52,281 nt of DNA, taken from assembly GCF_004010195.1 (NCBI RefSeq), contig NC_057718.1:96378686-96430966 (forward strand), written 5' to 3'. The stretch is from Chiloscyllium plagiosum (taxonomy: Eukaryota). Shown here one piece after another: positions 51,178 to 52,281 of the stretch. Every line of letters begins with the position of its first letter. The first letter of the stretch is position 1. Both the position numbers and the translations under genes were made by a program. The notes under the pieces are model-generated. The model saw only the letters and a program-made list of their open reading frames with translations. It did not search any database and had not been told where the DNA came from.

Positions 51178-51477
51178 TAGATTACATTACAGTGTGGAAA
51201 CAGGCCCTTCGGCCCAACAAGTCCACACCGACCCGCCAAAGTGCAACCCACCCATACTCCTACATTTACCGCTTACCTCACACTACGGGCAATTTAGCAT
51301 GGCCAATTCACCTAACCTTTGGACTGTGGGAGGAAACCGGAGCACCCGGAGGAAACCCACGCAGACACGGGGAGAATGTGCAAACTCCACACAGTCAGTC
51401 GCCTGAGGCAGGAATTGAACCCGGGTCTCAGGCGCTGTGAGCCAGCAGCTCTAACCACTGTGCCACCGTGCTGCCCA
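51178..51477 (-). mobile_element. HE1 / V-SINE, young copy
   Basis: Full head (rc gggcagcacggtggcacagtggttagagc), CpGs retained. Confidence 0.92.
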
Positions 51478-52001
51478 CAAATCAGCATTGCACTGATTGG
51501 CCTATAATCAATCACTTCTCCATTGCACTGTCATTGAACAAATGTACAACATTTGCAGTCCTGAAGAACTTTGATTCCGAAGAAGAATTATGCTGGACTC
51601 AAAACATTAATGCTCTCTTTCTACTGATGCTGCCAGACCTGCTGAGTTTCTTCAGCATTCTCTGAGTTTGTTAGCAGTCGTTCAGTTCTCTAATTCTACA
51701 CCTGGGAGATAGAAAATGGTGGCTATTATTTATTTCCTGGTTTCTTTCACAGCTTGGGGTACAATTCACCCTCCCCTGGTGATATATCCAATTTCAAGGA
51801 TGCCATTCCATGAATACATCTTCTCTTCCTATTTTTTATCACATCTAATTATTCACAGTCCTCTTCATAACTACAATGTCTACATTGTCCCCCAAACTCT
51901 GTAGTGATTGGAACCAGGTGGATTTTATTTTCTATAAGATGCTTGGTGGATTTGTTAACCTGGGCCAATCAGAGAGCCCTGGTGGACTGATATAAACAGG
52001 G

Positions 52002-52281
52002 CATTGCCTGCCCCTCTTCCGCGGTTACGTTAGAGCCCGGGTGTCCTTGGAGAAGGAGCACGCGGTGTCGACCAACACCCTGGAGTTGTTCAGGGAGAGG
52101 TGGGCGCCGCAGGGAGTGGAGTGCATCATTTCTCCCTCCAACTCTATTTTGATTTAGTCCCTACCCTCCCCTTCACTGTTTTTGATCACACAGCACTGCC
52201 CTTTGATGTGAAGGGCAGTGTTTGTCACTGGCCACCCGGGTGTTTTCCTATCCTCCTGATGGTGGAAATTGAATAAAGATT
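52002..52281 (+). mobile_element. Tx1-like (L1 clade) non-LTR retrotransposon 3' end: ORF2 C-terminus (52002-52157) and 3' UTR
   Basis: Stop-free HCLPLFRGYVRARVSLEKEHAVSTNTLELFRERWAPQGVECIISPSNSILI*, resembling Tx1-type ORF2 ends (F-x-x-R-W-A); CpG-rich; aataaa near the window end. Confidence 0.7.

Overview
Repeat-dense vertebrate genomic DNA with four assembly gaps. The repeat families (HE1/V-SINE, Deu-domain SINE, CR1/HER1-like LINEs) indicate a cartilaginous fish, most likely a shark (inference). I recognise no intact host protein-coding gene, so the window looks intronic or intergenic. Nearly all ORFs in the track are retroelement fragments, microsatellite translations or N-gap artefacts. 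The main elements are CR1 LINE 3' fragments, HE1 SINEs, Deu-domain SINEs, Rex1-like LINE ends, a Tx1-like ORF2 C-terminus, and three distinct Penelope-like element (PLE) families with GIY-YIG endonuclease remnants. The most notable signal is in the PLE termini. All three families carry a minimal hammerhead-ribozyme fold (CUGANGA...GAAA core, covarying helices I and II, 4-nt palindromic helix III). Many short PLE derivatives are asymmetric palindromes with a one-sided 34-41 nt tail and 11-18 bp target-site duplications (TSDs). Element boundaries are estimated by eye unless a TSD is quoted.
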